The notes: generated by a model from the sequence alone, not told the origin. Positions 25,450-39,713 are shown, counted from the stretch's first letter. The stretch: 64,000 nucleotides of DNA from Octopus sinensis (GCF_006345805.1 NC_042997.1:190154001-190218000), one strand, 5' to 3'. Made by a program: numbers and translations.

Positions 25450-26562
25450 CCTATCAAATTGCATTATTGCGTTAACCGATTTGGTTTTAAGTTGGTTACA
25501 CGATCTTTGTTGCAAAATCCATATGAAATAAGGTTTTGCAAAGATACTGTTGTATAGACATCCACAAATTCCAATGGAAATGATTATTCAATTGAAATGA
25601 GAACTGATATTTATTTCATTACATTTGAGGAAAGCCGTTCAGCATTCACATCAAGCATAATTAACTGAAACAACTGCGGAATAAGGCATTCGCAGACCAA
25701 GCAAATAATCTGGAATTAAAATAATTAATTGCTTTGTAAAACAGGGAAAATAATGTAGCAGTAAATATCTACTCCATGTTGAAATATATGCTGCTCTCCT
25801 GCAGCTTCGTTTCAATATGCTGTTATATTAAATATTTGTTGCTAAGTATTGAAAGGATATTAAATATATTAGCAAATAAGGCATAAAACCAAATATTATT
25901 ATTCATTACATACAGATCAAAAATTAAAAATATATTTTAAAACTATGATATTGAAATATATAAAACGAAATATAAATATCTCCATCGCCACTCAGAATAA
26001 ACTGCATTGTTTTGTTAACATGAAACATGCCCCTTTAAGTCAAGCTACGAATTCACAGAGATATTGTCTTAAAGAAATAGCGTTGGTTTACTTTTCTTTC
26101 GAATATAATGAAATGTGATCTGATTTAACATGCTGCACAGAAATCCTGCTCTATTAACTGTTATTTGGGAATAATTATTTGATGGCATGACTACTGTCAA
26201 TTTGTTTTCATAATGTTACTACACTCTGCTTTCGCCGCACTACAAATGTTTTGCTTTGTGATTTCAGTTATACCATAGGGGAATTTAGCTTCAAATCCTG
26301 CGTAAAAAGAACGGCAAGTAACGATACAATTCGCATTATGTTACGTGACATAAGATTTCGAAATTAAATAAAGGTAATTATTGTGATTATGAGAGTAGTA
26401 GTGTGGATCGCAGTCATTCAAATACGGAGATCAAAATAATTAAGGAACCCTAAGCGATTAATTGCATAACTGTTAATATGAATGGAAGTTGGTGCGTCAA
26501 AGATCCTGGTAATTGTTTTCATAAACATTGTGTCAACAGGTCAGGATCAATAATACTTTCAT

Positions 26563-27169
26563 TACTCTCTTTTACTCTTTTACTTGTTTCAGTCATTTGA
26601 CTGCGGCCATGCTGGAGCACCGCCTTTTAGTCGAGCAAATCGACCCCCGGGACTTATTCTATCGGTCTCTTTTTTCGAAACGCTATGTTACGGGGACGTC
26701 AAGCATCGGTTGTCAAGCGATGTTGGTGGGGGGACAAACACAGACACACAAACATATACGCACATACATATATGTGTATATATATATATATATCTCTATA
26801 TATAAACGGCAGTTTGTCTGTGCGTGTTTCTGTGTGTCTGTTTGCTTGTACCCTCACCCTGACCACGGCTTTCAACCGATTCTGATGAAACTTGACACAC
26901 ACATAGCCCAATGTCATAATTCAAAACTAACGTAGCGAAAATTTTGAAAAGTTCCCCCAGTTCTGAAAAAAATCGATAAATTCGACATGGGGTCGAGAAT
27001 CAGAAACACAAACCGCAACTGTCTAGGGGACGCACTCCACCTTTTTTCACTCTCAAAAAAAATTTACCATCATTTTTTCTATTTTTTTGCTATTTTTTGG
27101 CTATAACTCTCTAAAAATGCTTTATAGTTATTTCCCTTACAACCTGAGCAACGCCGGGCGATACTGCTA

Positions 27170-27218
<49 letters not shown>

Positions 27219-27393
27219 GACATGCATATATACGACGGGCTTCTTTCAGTTTCCGTCTACCAAATCCACTCACAATCTTTGGCCGGCCCGAGGCAATAGT
27301 AGAAGACACTTGCCCAAGATGCCACGTAGTGGGACTGAACCCAGAGCCATGTGGTTGGTAAGCAAACTACTTACCACACAGCCACTCATGCGC
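26563..27393 (-). mobile_element. SINE family B split by a Helitron insertion
   Basis: 3' half ~26563-26790 and 5' half ~27232-27393 flank the Helitron, which sits in the internal TA tract. Confidence 0.85.
26793..27170 (+). mobile_element. Non-autonomous Helitron
   Basis: a|TCTCTATATATAAA 5' end; 3' hairpin cctgagcaacgccggg then ctgCTAG|t; inserted at A/T with no TSD. Confidence 0.85.
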
Positions 27394-28315
27394 CTATAAT
27401 GTTTATATCGTTGTGTGTTGCAATGGATACTTATATTTCGGAAATATTATCAAAATCCCTGCATATGAACTGCATGCTAGCAGAACGCCTGTGGTCAATA
27501 CAACTGCCAGGCTTCCCCACCAAAGAGGACCTCAGCACCTCACCTCAAGAATATACATAGTCAACATAGCAAAGACTACATGTTTATGTGCGACGTCCTT
27601 CCTCAGATCAACAACGTACGGCATTTCATAATAAATAACAAATAACGTACGGCATACTAAGCCCGCTACCGTTAGTAAAAACAAAAGTTACATCCCAGAA
27701 CAATTCTACCCACATGGAAATCCATCGGGAAAATGCATGCTTGAATCATAGAAGAAAATCATGTAGACTGTCTGAAGCCATTTGTCCACACTCATCGTGA
27801 AACTAATATCATCACAGTTGAACACAAAGTTAGGGAAAAAGGAGTTTGGTGATGTACTAAGCAACTTTTGATAAACAAAGCAGTGATGTATGAAATGCGG
27901 TGGCTGGAGTGCTTGCTTAATATGGCAGGCTGCAATAAACCACGATTCTTATACCTCTTCGTGGATGGTAGAGTACTTTTCACTTGCTAAAGGTTCAGAA
28001 ATTATAATCAAGACCACTGACGAAGTGACTTCGTGATGGACTACCGCTCGGTAGCCGAATAGTGGAAGTGATTCTATAGATAGGATAAATTATCGCAGGC
28101 TTATACTCCGAAGCGACAGAGATGCTATTTATAATTCTAGTGATTACATTGCACATTTTAATGAGGAAATCTGAAAGGGATTTTAAAGAAGAAATCTAAA
28201 GGTAATGTGATTAAAGTCCGAGTTTACACGAAGTCACAGTAAATTTTATTCTAGTCTTAGTATTGAGTCCTCCTATTGGCTGATGTTCTGTTTGTGCTCC
28301 CGAAGTCACTACACA

Positions 28316-28628
28316 TCATCATCATCATTGTTCGACCGTGGTCGAGACAATGGAATTTACCATGCTACGCCAGACTTCACGGTCCATCATGGCATTACGG
28401 AGGTCCTGTTGCTGGATGCCTGTATCCCTGGAGATTACATCAGGGTAGGAGAGTGTGCGCCCTCTGGTATTGCGGGTAGATGGCTTCCAGAGGAGAAGAG
28501 GAGAAATTAACTCTTTTTCAGCTCTACAACAATGTCCAGCAAACTGGACTCTCTTACCTTTCACAAGAGATGACACATGTGGTAGTTTCCCATATATTTG
28601 CATTTTGGTTGGATGGCGCTTCCAAGAG
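28316..28628 (-). mobile_element. 5'-truncated RTE-like LINE 3' end
   Basis: QIYGKLP...RVQFAGHCCRA...MMDREVWRSMV...* followed by (TGA)n tail; 12 bp TSD AGTCACTACACA (28304-28315, 28629-28640). Confidence 0.85.
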
Positions 28629-28699
28629 AGTCACTACACAACTATATACCTCACCGTCACACAAGCACATGTGCGCAAACGCACGTGTATATAAACATA

Positions 28700-28786
<87 letters not shown>

Positions 28787-28876
28787 ATATATAAAATAAA
28801 TATATATATGTTATGTATGTGTGAGTCTGTATGTTTATGTCTTTATCTATATTTACATATATTTATGTATACATTC

Positions 28877-28907
<31 letters not shown>

Positions 28908-29619
28908 TGTATGTATGTATGTATGTATGTATGTATGTATGCATGCATGTATGTATGCATGTATACGATACCTAGATATCAAGATTAGTCTATACTTGCA
29001 TTAGTCTATACTTGCATGTCTGCTTTTTTTTGTATGGATATCATATTTTTAAAAATTCACTTGCCAAATTTGCTGACAACAGCAACTCCTTGTGACAATC
29101 CTTTCTTTGAGAATCCACAATAAAATTAATTGAGAGAATGGCGACACATGTTCCAATTACGTCCATTTTAGAAATTGTTCTTTCTTCTAGTGCGCAACAA
29201 TCTCTTCCGTCTTCGTTTTCACTGTCTTTAATTTTCACTTCCACAAAAATACGCGAACTCAAGCACACGCATGCATACTTTTAACACTGCCATACACACA
29301 TGTACATGTATGTATGCATTATGAATACACACACACACTCACATATATATATATATGTATATATATATATACACATATATACATATATATATAAATTAAT
29401 TTTATGTATTTGCTTATGTTTTTCACTGTTTGATTTGCCTAATAGTGGTTTTATCTCTAATTTAATATAATAATATAATATATATATATATATATATAAT
29501 ATATGAATATATATATACGTGCATATGCATAACATGTGTTTAAATAAATAGATATGTACATGTATATCTATCTAACTCTCTGTTTTTCTTTCTCTCTCTC
29601 TATCTCTTCCAATATATAT

Positions 29620-29651
<32 letters not shown>

Positions 29652-30334
29652 ACATGCAGAGAAAGAGGGAGAAAACGCGTATATATATATATATTATATA
29701 TGATTACAACATATCTATATGTGTGTATGCATTTTATGTTCATCTGAAGTCGCATGTTAAAGTGCATGTGTGTAGGCAAAACGTTTGCTAATATCCAAAA
29801 CCCAATAGCTCTCTATACGAACGTGTTTGAATGCGTACATGTATACGTGTGATAGAGAATCCGTAATTAGTTTTCTGCACGCTTTTATACCAATGTTTTT
29901 GTGTGTGTATTTTATATGTGTGCATTTATGTACGATTTTTGTCATACATATTTGAAATTTATTCGTCTATTTTTCTAGTGTTTATAACAATAGTATATTT
30001 TCGAAAATCAGCTAATTACTTTATCTTAATTATAAATTAATTAATTAATCAAATGCTCGAAGTATGTTGTTTGTGCAGTCTAATTACGATAATTATCCAG
30101 AAACATTTACATAAAATACTATTTGGCACGCATGTGCGATATATAATGTTGCTGATGCAAAAGAAATCTTATAGACTTGCTAAAACACTTTGAAGCATTA
30201 AAGTTAGCCGTTACCTTTAAACGGTTTACGACAAGGTAAAAAGACGTTGCTCACAATATAAAATCGTCAATATTAATACGAATAAAATTAAGAAATAATA
30301 AAAGCTGTAGTTTATAGAGGTACTTTCTATACTC

Positions 30335-30820
30335 ATTACTCTGTTTTACCCTTTTACTTGTTTCAGTCATTTGATTGTGGCCATGCTGGAGCACCGCCTT
30401 TAGTCGAGCAAATCGACCCTAGGACTTATTCTTTCTAAGCTTAGTATTTCTTATATCGGTCGCTTTTGCCGAACCGCTAAGTTACGGGGGCGTAAACACA
30501 CCAGCATCGATTGTCAAGCGATGTTGGGGAGACAAACACAGACACACAAACTTATATACACACATACATACATATGTATATATATATATAATATATATAT
30601 ATATATATACATATATATTGATAGATAGATAGATAGATATATATATATATATAGATATTACGACGGGCTTCTTTCAGTTTCTGTCTACCAAATCCACTCA
30701 CAAGGCTTTGGCCGGCCCGAGACTATAGTAGAAGACACTTGCCCAAGGTGCTACGCAGTGGGAATGAACACCGAACCATGTGGTTTGTAAGCAAGCTACT
30801 TACCACACAGCCACTCCTCC
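30335..30820 (-). mobile_element. SINE family B
   Basis: Full-length reverse match. Confidence 0.88.
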
Positions 30821-31307
30821 TTTTAGTTAAATGTAACATAGGTTTTTAATTAGTAATTCTTAATGTTATTCTATTACACATTTTTTTTGTTATTGAACAA
30901 AATCTACAGAAGTGGTAATGTGAAACAGTTGGTGAGACATTGAATTATTTCGTCTCTATACGGTGTGTGAGTTTATATTACACAGATTCCCTTATACGTC
31001 ACTCAAACATGAATACAGGCAACCACACAGGCTTATGCATATGCACAGATGTATCTATGCATTCCAAGAGATGATTTCAACTTCATACAATATAATGTTT
31101 ATGTGCTATTGTTACTCTGAAAGTGAACTCAGTAGAATGAAATACAAACGTGCTTTAAATGGAGTATCCATATAAGTTTAAAATATTTCGATCTTCTTGA
31201 AGATACTAAACTGATATCTTACGTTTTATAACGAATCAGGATAGTTGTGTCCATGGATCTTCAGTGAAATCTTTTTCGTATTGTGACATTCTCTACAGGT
31301 TTATACC

Positions 31308-31538
31308 TATTTCTTTACTACCCACAAGGGGCTAAACACAGAGAGGACAAACAAGGCCAAACAAACGGATTATGTCGATTACATCGACCCCAGTGCGTAA
31401 CTGGTACTTATTTAATCGACTCCGAAAAGATGAAAGGCAAAGTCGACCTCGGCGGAATTTGAACCCAGAACGTAACGGCAGACCAAATACGGTTACGCAT
31501 TTCGCCCGGCGTGCTAACGTTTCTGCCATCTCGCCGCC
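31308..31538 (-). mobile_element. SINE family A
   Basis: Full-length match; TSD tctacaggtttatacc. Confidence 0.9.
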
Positions 31539-32553
31539 TTTCTACAGGTTTATACCACATTTTAGAAAATATAAAAAGCTGTCTTTTAAACATAGTCTTC
31601 TTATGTTAAAATGATTTAACTAATATTCTTTCATAATAATTTCACAAGACATTGCGCTGTGAATATATATGCCTGCACACGTCGCTCTTACATATGCTAC
31701 TAGGATGCAGCTTCTTATGAATGACGATGCAAAACACTTGCTTAGCTAATGATTTTACCTTTATATAATTAGGTTAAGCATTTAAGTTAAATACGATTTA
31801 AATCGTCTCCTAATACATTTTTTCTAAATCTTTATTCTATATTAACCAAAATTTAGTTTTAAAAAATGCATGTCAAACATAGCAAAGAAGGTTGAATATA
31901 AGAGATGGCTTATAAATAACGAACAAAGTAAATTTAAAAAAAAAATCTCTTATTCACTGACAAAACATACTTTTATTGAGAAGAAAAAATTTAGGTAATT
32001 CATTTATAAAATAAATTTCTCAGAATGTAAATAACCATGGATTTTTATTTCTTATTATTGTGTATCAACTAATTGCGCAAATTACCCGTTACATTATTGA
32101 GAACATAATGATAAATCGTAGCTTTTATCATATATCTTATCTCCTTTTCTCTTTCCCAAAATATTTTCTTCTTTCTCTCTTCCCTTCTATAATGAAATAA
32201 TGATAAAATTAACAAACCCTTAGTTATTTAGTACTAAAAAGAATCAACCGAGTCGAGATAGTAGCAATCAACGAATATTGCAAACTGTATGGTGGCAACA
32301 AGAAAGAAAATAAACTGTAATTAAATATATGCATAAAGATTATACATATTTCATTGCATTAAACACAAATTTAGTTCACTATCGAAAAAAGTCAAACATT
32401 ATAGGCTTCCGACATTATTATTCTCTCCCTTGCAATAGAATGGAATAATCAATAAAAGAACTTATAATAATAGCTATTATGTGATCTGAGGTAGGTTAGG
32501 AAAACAATTATATATATCTTATTTCCTTATAATCATTATATTTAAAATGAATT

Positions 32554-32921
32554 AGGGTAGCGAGTTGGCAGAAACGTTAGCGCGCCGAGCGAAATGCTTA
32601 GCGGTATTTCGTCTGCGTTACGTTCTGAGTTCAAATTCCGTCGAGGTCAACTTTGCCTTTCATCCTTTTGGATCGATTAAATAAGTACCAGTTACGCACT
32701 GGGGTCGATATAATCGACTTAATCCGTTTGTTTGTACTTGTTTGTCTCCTCTATGTTTAGCCCCTTGTGGGTAGTAAATAAGTAGGTATTTCGTCTGTCG
32801 TTACATTTTGAGTTCAAATTCCGCCGAGGTCGACTTTGCCTTTTATTCTTTCGAGGTCGATAAATAAAGTGCCAGTTTCGCACTGGTGTCGATGTAATCG
32901 ACTTAATCCCTTTGTCTGTCG
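32554..32921 (+). mobile_element. SINE family A, nested dimer
   Basis: Head-body-tail followed by a second body starting gtatttcgtctg. Confidence 0.85.
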
Positions 32922-33415
32922 CCTGGCTTAATACCACGATCTAGCGCTTGTAAAATCTAAGCATTCTTCCACCATTCTTCGAAGTCCGGGGAAATACCAT
33001 GGAAGCAAGTTTTGATAAAGAATAACCAAAGCTGCATGATCTACGCTTTCTGAATCGAGACGTCAGACGATTTTTGACGAAAATGCGATATTTAATGGCG
33101 TCTGTTCATTTTGTTTTGCCTCATTAACTCTACTGATAAATTTATTAAGCGCACATAATCCCTCTTCGTTATCCTTTCAAAATATGAGACATTGAAAAAT
33201 GTTGTGTAGTAAGAAAATTCGTTGTGGAAACCTTAATAACCATGTGATATGTGTTAAAATGTATCGCGGAATATATTCTGGGTCATATTTCACACAAAAA
33301 GGATTGTACTCGTTATTACATTCAGCATCATGAAACGCCAAGTTCGAATAACAGCAATCAAAATATAGTAAGCATGTGTGTGCATGTACGCATGTACGCG
33401 TGTACGTGCATATGT

Positions 33416-33830
33416 ACTCTTACTCTTTACTCTTTTACTGGTTTCAGTCATTTGACTGCTGCCATGCTGGAGCACCGCTTTTAGTCGAGCAAATCGACCC
33501 CAGGACTTATTCTTTGTAAGCTTAGTACTTATTCTGTCGGTCTCTTTTGCCAAACCGCTAAGTTACGGGGACACAAACACACCAGCATCGGTTGTCAAGC
33601 GATGTTGTGGGGGACAAACACAGACACACAAACATATACACACACATACATACATGTATATATACATAGATACTTTGGGCTTCTTTCAGTTTCCGTCTAC
33701 CAAATCTACTCACAAGGCTTTGGTCGGCCCGAGGCTATAATAGAAGACATTTGCCCAAAGTGCCACGCAGTGTGACTGAACCCGGAACCATGTGGTTGGT
33801 AAGCAAGTTACTTACCAGACAGCCACTCCT
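33416..33830 (-). mobile_element. SINE family B
   Basis: Full-length reverse match; a decayed second copy follows to ~34110. Confidence 0.88.
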
Positions 33831-34871
33831 GTGTATGTATCTTTTATGTTTTATCCTTTACTTGTTTTCGTCATTTGACTGCGACCATGCTGGGGCACCA
33901 CCTTCGAGAATTCTTAGTAGAACGAATGGACTCTTGTAGTTATTTTGTCTGTTTTTAAAACCTGGTACTTATTCTTTCTCCTTTGGCGAACCGCTAAGTT
34001 ACGGTAACGTAAACACATCGACACAAACACAAACACAAAGACACGCGCACAGTGGGACTGAACCAGGAAGCATGTGGTTAGCATGCAAGCTTCTTACAAC
34101 ACGTTCACGCTTGCGTCACATATATGTAGAAAGAAAGATACTGTTTGGCCTATTCTTGTATTTCTGATTTGTATTTTAAGAATATATACAAGCTCACATG
34201 AACTATATATAAAATATACAAGTACACATAAACACACACACACACGCATACGCACACACACACACACACACACACACATAAACATTTGTACATAACTACA
34301 TATCCTTAAATCCTTAAAAATGTTCTAGCCCGAAGGCCGCGGCTATGCTGGGGCACCACCGCTGCACCACATAGTTTATGAAGTCAAATCTTTGAGAATT
34401 TATAACTTGGGTTAAGACGCATTGTATTAGGAAATCAAGTTATAGGCCGGCGCAGCAACCGGTGACGTCATCAGTAGTCCACAATAATAATGATTATTTT
34501 TCTCTCAGTTATGTATAGGGATAAATTTCGTAAAAGTTGAACCAACTCGATCCAAACTGATGCAATTATTTTATCGATCTGAGTGGGATTTGAACTAACA
34601 AAACAATTAAAGTGAATGAGCTAAACATTGTTAGATATTTCCTTCAATACTCTGCCGTTTCTCTTAATCTACTGACCTCATAATACGCAAGGATAAAATA
34701 ATTCAGTCGATTACCAAAAGCTACGTTCTTTGAATGTAGAAGAGATATGATCTATTGAATCGGCTCTAGTACTTGGTTGCTTTTTAATTTATCAACGCCT
34801 GTACAAAGGAAGTCGAAGTTATGTCGAAGAGATGTAAACTCAGAAAGCACAGGGGTACAAGTATGAAATTA

Positions 34872-36708
34872 CATGTATCGTACTCTTTTAACAGTGCGTT
34901 GATGACTCAACACCGAAGGTCTTACAAATTGAGGCTTGAGTTCTGCCATTGAATGAAGTATTACTTTCTCATTTGTCGTACGTTTTCTTGCCAGAGATAT
35001 TGGGATGGTTTACCATTGCTTCCTCCGACTGGATCACCGTTGGCCTACAAGGAACTCATCCAACATTAAACAGGTTGTACTTTTAGTGTTGCTGTGTGTC
35101 CGGGCACCCTTCTTACAAGAGTACAAGCCACTCAAGCTGGTGAGCCCGTTTAGTCACTGACTACTTCAAAGTTTTATGTTCTACCTAAGTAACCAATGTG
35201 TACTTTTAACCGTTACCGGACATTATAGTTTGACAATTATAAAAATCAAAACAATTGCAGCGTGGAAGGTGTTTATAAGCCATTTAAGAAACTCACAAAA
35301 CCGTTAGATTCACTTCAACATTTAAATTTAATTTGCCAAAATATTTTCGTCGCTTTGAGACCCCGACCTGTTCACTGACAAAATTCCGTGCTTCATCCCT
35401 TGAATTTTGTCAGTGAACAGGTCGCAGTCTCAAAGCGACGAAAATATTTTGGCAAATTAAATTTAAAGTTGAATTGAATCTAACGGTTTTGTGTGTTCTT
35501 AAATGGCTCATAAACACCTTCCACGCTGCAATTGTTTTCGTTCCAGCACACGATCTCAGATCAGGTCACTTGCAATGTCAGTACATCTCCGTAATAATAA
35601 CAATATATTTTTGCCAATATACAGCATTATGTGTGTGACGTAATTGACTTTGTGCTATGTATATATTCTTCTACAAGCAGTATATCTAATATATCGGCAC
35701 AATGACCTCTTAATGACAAAAGGCATTTGTGATATTTTGCCCGGCGTCATAATGATTGTGCCAGCTCGCTGCTTTTTTGTGCTACTTATGTAGCACAAAA
35801 AGCAGCGAGCTGGCACAATCATTATGACGCCGGGCAAAATATCACAAATGCCTTTTGTCATTAAGAGGTCATTGTGCCGATATATTAGATATACTGCTTG
35901 TAGAAGAATATATTACATAGCACAAAGTCAATTACGTCACACACATAATGCTGTATATTGGCAAAATATATTGTTATTATTACGGAGATGTACTGACATT
36001 GCAAGTGACCTGATCTGAGATCGTGTGCTGGAACGAAAACAATTGCAGCGTGGAAGGTGTTTATGAGCCATTTAAGAAACACACAAAAACCGTTAGATTC
36101 AATTCAACATTTAAATTTAATTTGCCAAAATATTTTCGTCGCTTTGAGACTGCGACCTGTTCACTGACAAAATTCAAGGGATGAAGCACGGAATTTTGTC
36201 AGTGAACAGGTCGGGGTCTCAAAGCGACGAAAATATTTTGGCAAATTAAATTTAAATGTTGAAGTGAATCTAACGGTTTTTGTGAGTTTCTTAAATGGCT
36301 TATAAACACCTTCCACGCTGCAATTGTTTTGATTTTTATAATTGTCAAACTATAATGTCCGGTAACGGTTAAAAGTACACATTTGGTTACTTAGGTAGAA
36401 CATAAAACTTTGAAGTAGTCAGTGACTAAACGGGCTCACCAGCTTGAGTGGCTTGTTACTCTTGTAAGAAGGGTGCCTGGACACACAGCAACACTAAAAG
36501 TACAACCTGTTTAATGTTGGATGAGTTCCTTGTAGGCCAACGGTGATCCAGTCGGAGGAAGCAATGGTAAACCATCCCAATATCTCTGGCAAGAAAACGT
36601 ACGACAAATGAGAAAGTAATACTTCATTCAATGGCAGAACTCAAGCCTCAATTTGTAAGACCTTCGGTGTTGAGTCATCAACGCACTGTTAAAAGAGTAC
36701 GATACATG
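34872..36708. repeat. 1.84 kb near-perfect palindrome (arms ~915 bp, 4 nt loop at 35786-35789)
   Basis: catgtatcgtactc... mirrored by ...gagtacgatacatg; centre tgtgctac-ttat-gtagcaca. Confidence 0.97.
35407..35455 (+). ncRNA. Hammerhead-like motif with G3-C8 core (H4); related copies on both strands within 35248-36330
   Basis: TTGTCA-GTGAACA-G-GTCGC-agtctcaaa-GCGAC-GAAA-ATAT-TT-TGGCAA. Confidence 0.6.
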
Positions 36709-36881
36709 ACGGCGATAGTTAATTTGAGACCATTTCTTAACATCTATCCATTTTTTGATGCGTGAAGTATGGAAGTCTAGTCAACCACGACTGAATTTGG
36801 ATGTCGTGGGATATAAAGATGAGAAGGATAATTATGATACCAGTCTTCCTGCCAGACACTATCAAAAGAACAAAAACTACA

Positions 36882-37309
36882 GGCGAAGGAGTGACTGTGT
36901 GGTAAGTAGCTTGCTTACGAACCACATGGTTCCGGGTTCAGTCCCACTGCGTGGCACCTTGGGTAAGTGTCTTCTCCTATAGCCTCGGGTCAACCAAAGC
37001 CTTGTGAGTGGATTTGGTAGACGGAAACTGAAAGAAGCCCGTGGTATATATGTATATATATGTATGTGTGTGTATATGTTTGTGAGTTTGTGTGCCTGTG
37101 CTTGTCCCCCCCCCCAACATCGCTTGACAACCCATACTGGTGCGTTTACGTCACCGTAACTTAGCGGTTTGGCAAAAGCGTCTGATAAAATAAGTACTAG
37201 GCTTACAAAGAATAAGTCCTGGGGTCGATTTGCTCGACTAAAAGGCGGTGCTCCAGCATGGACACAGTCAAATAACTGAAATAAGTAAAAGAGTATAAGA
37301 GTAAAAGAG
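36882..37309 (+). mobile_element. SINE family B
   Basis: Full-length match. Confidence 0.88.
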
Positions 37310-37394
37310 ATACATCGAAGTCAAATACACACCAGCAAGAGAGGGCTATATAGAAGTTACTTAGGAACAATTTAGCACGTTGTTACACAGTTTA

Positions 37395-37509
<115 letters not shown>

Positions 37510-38119
37510 GTAGGTCAGTGTGCAGCAGAGAGATGCATGTTAGAATTCAAGTTACCGCTAATAAAAATCATGCAAAAGTGAAATATCGATGGAATGCATA
37601 ATAAATATTGCAAAATATCACAAACAATGGCAAAGCAGCTGGGCAATAGGAAAAACAATTCACACTGACAGTAATATTCAAGAAAAATCAATTCCAGAAT
37701 TCCAGAAGACAGCGAAAAATAATCAAAAATACTTTTGCAAATATGAAAACCTAGAAATCGAGAGAACGACAAAGCGAGGAAAGAAAATAGAAAAGATTGT
37801 CTTAATAATAGCCTCTTTGAAAATATTATATTAAAATTAACCGACAAATGCGTATATGAAGCCTCTGTCCTTCCATTTGTACGAGACCCACACTGCACAC
37901 ATATAACGCGGCTTAATTCCAGTAAGATATAACGAAGAAATTTCATTAAGACAGCATCAGACATCTCATGTTCTCAAAAACTACAAAATTGCGCTTGTTC
38001 AGTAAGAGAAATAAAAAAATGTAAGACAGCTCAACTAATAGAAATTATATTTTTGTTATGACAAGAACGAAAGTGAAAGTTAATAACGACAATAACATCC
38101 ACAGTAATGATATTAATGA

Positions 38120-39383
38120 TGGTTTCAAATTTGAGCACAAGGCCAGCAATTTTTATGGTTAAGTCAATAAATCGGCCCAGTGCTCAACTGGTACTTATTT
38201 TATAGAAACGGAGAGGTTGAAAGGCAAAGTCAACCCCAACGGAGTTTGAACCTAGAACGTAAAACAGACAAAATTCCGCTAAGCATTTTCCCGTCATGCT
38301 AATGAGTCTGCCAGATCGTCGCCTTAGTAATGATATTAATAATCCTTTCTACATTAGGCACAAGGCCTGAAATTTGTAGTTGGGGGTAATTCTATCACAT
38401 TGATCTCAGTACTTGACTGGTACTTAATTTATCGACCTCGAAAGCGTGAAAGACAAAGTCGACCTCCGTGGAATTTGAGCTCAGAACGTAAGGACGGGCG
38501 AAATACCGCTACGCATCTTTCCGGTGTGTTAACGATTCTGCCAGCTCACCGCCTTAGTAATGATAATAATAATAATCCTTTCTATTATAGGTACAAGGCC
38601 TGAAATTTTGGGGGAGGGGACTAGTCGATTCCATCAACCCCAGTGTTTCGCTGCTTAATTTATCGATACCGATAAGTGCTGCTTAATTTATCGATACCGA
38701 AAGGATGAAAGGCATGCTAATGATTTTATTTCTTTATTGCCTATAAGGGGCTAAACACAGAGAAGACAAACAAGGACAGAAAGCAGAATTAAATCGATTA
38801 TATCGACCGCGGTGCGTAACTGGTACTTAATTTATCGACCCCGAAAGGATGAAAAGCGAAGTCGACCTCGGCGGAATTTGAACTCAGAACGTAACGGCAG
38901 ACGAAATACGGCTAAACATTTCGCCCAGCGCGCTAACGATTCTGCCAGCTCGCCGCCTTAGTAATAATAATAATAATCCTTCCAGGCACAAGGCCTGGAT
39001 TTTGTGTGGAGGGGTACAGTCTATCACATCAACCTCAGTACTCAACTGGTACTTAATTTATCAACCCCGAAAGGAAGAAAGGCGAAATCGACCTCGGCGG
39101 AGTTTGAACTCAGAACGTAGCTGCAGACTAAGCATTTGGCCTAGCGAGCTAACGATTCTTATTTCTTTACTGCCCACAAGGGGCTACACACAGTGGGGAC
39201 AACAAGGACAGATAAACGGATTAAGTCGATAATATTGACCTCAGTGCGTAACTGGTACTTATTTAATCTACTCTGAAAGGCAATGTCGACCTCGGCGGAA
39301 TTTGAACTCACAACGTATAGCGGCAAACGAAATACCGCTAAGCTTTTCGCCCGGCGTGCTAACGATTCTGCCAGCTAACCGTC
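38120..39383 (-). mobile_element. Tandem array of about six SINE family A copies
   Basis: Repeated gaaaggatgaaaggcaaagtcgacc bodies separated by (t)agtaatgatawtaat spacers. Confidence 0.85.
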
Positions 39384-39563
39384 TTAGTAATGATGGTAAT
39401 AATAATAATAACAATAATTCTACAAGGAAATAAGACAAATCGTAGCAGAAAAATCAATATAAAATAGGTAATGAAAAAATAGATTAATACCCTTAATAGA
39501 AAATGATAAAGCAAAAACAAGATGCAAACAACATTATGAGTAATAATAATCGTTATGTCCTAC

Positions 39564-39713
39564 CTGAAAGCATTTATCAAGATCTGACTGTTTCGTAGAA
39601 TCATTAAGTAAACAGCAGTCAAGTTGTCCATTATTAAACGATAGATATGTGATTTCGTTGGCAGTCGAGTTAAACAGATTCGTTTCCGAATAGTGATTTA
39701 GTTGCGATGGCAT
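39564..39713 (-). CDS. Candidate alternative first coding exon of the PPAR-like gene
   Basis: ATG at 39713, 50 open codons MPSQLNHYSETNLFNSTANEITYLSFNNGQLDCCLLNDSTKQSDLDKCFQ, donor CAG|gtagga in phase 0; in-frame stop upstream; unique non-repetitive island. Confidence 0.45.

Noticed and set aside
28014-28065. CTGACGA followed by small hairpins and ccact/agtgg complementarity
   Set aside because: GAAT instead of GAAA and no stem III; not a supportable hammerhead
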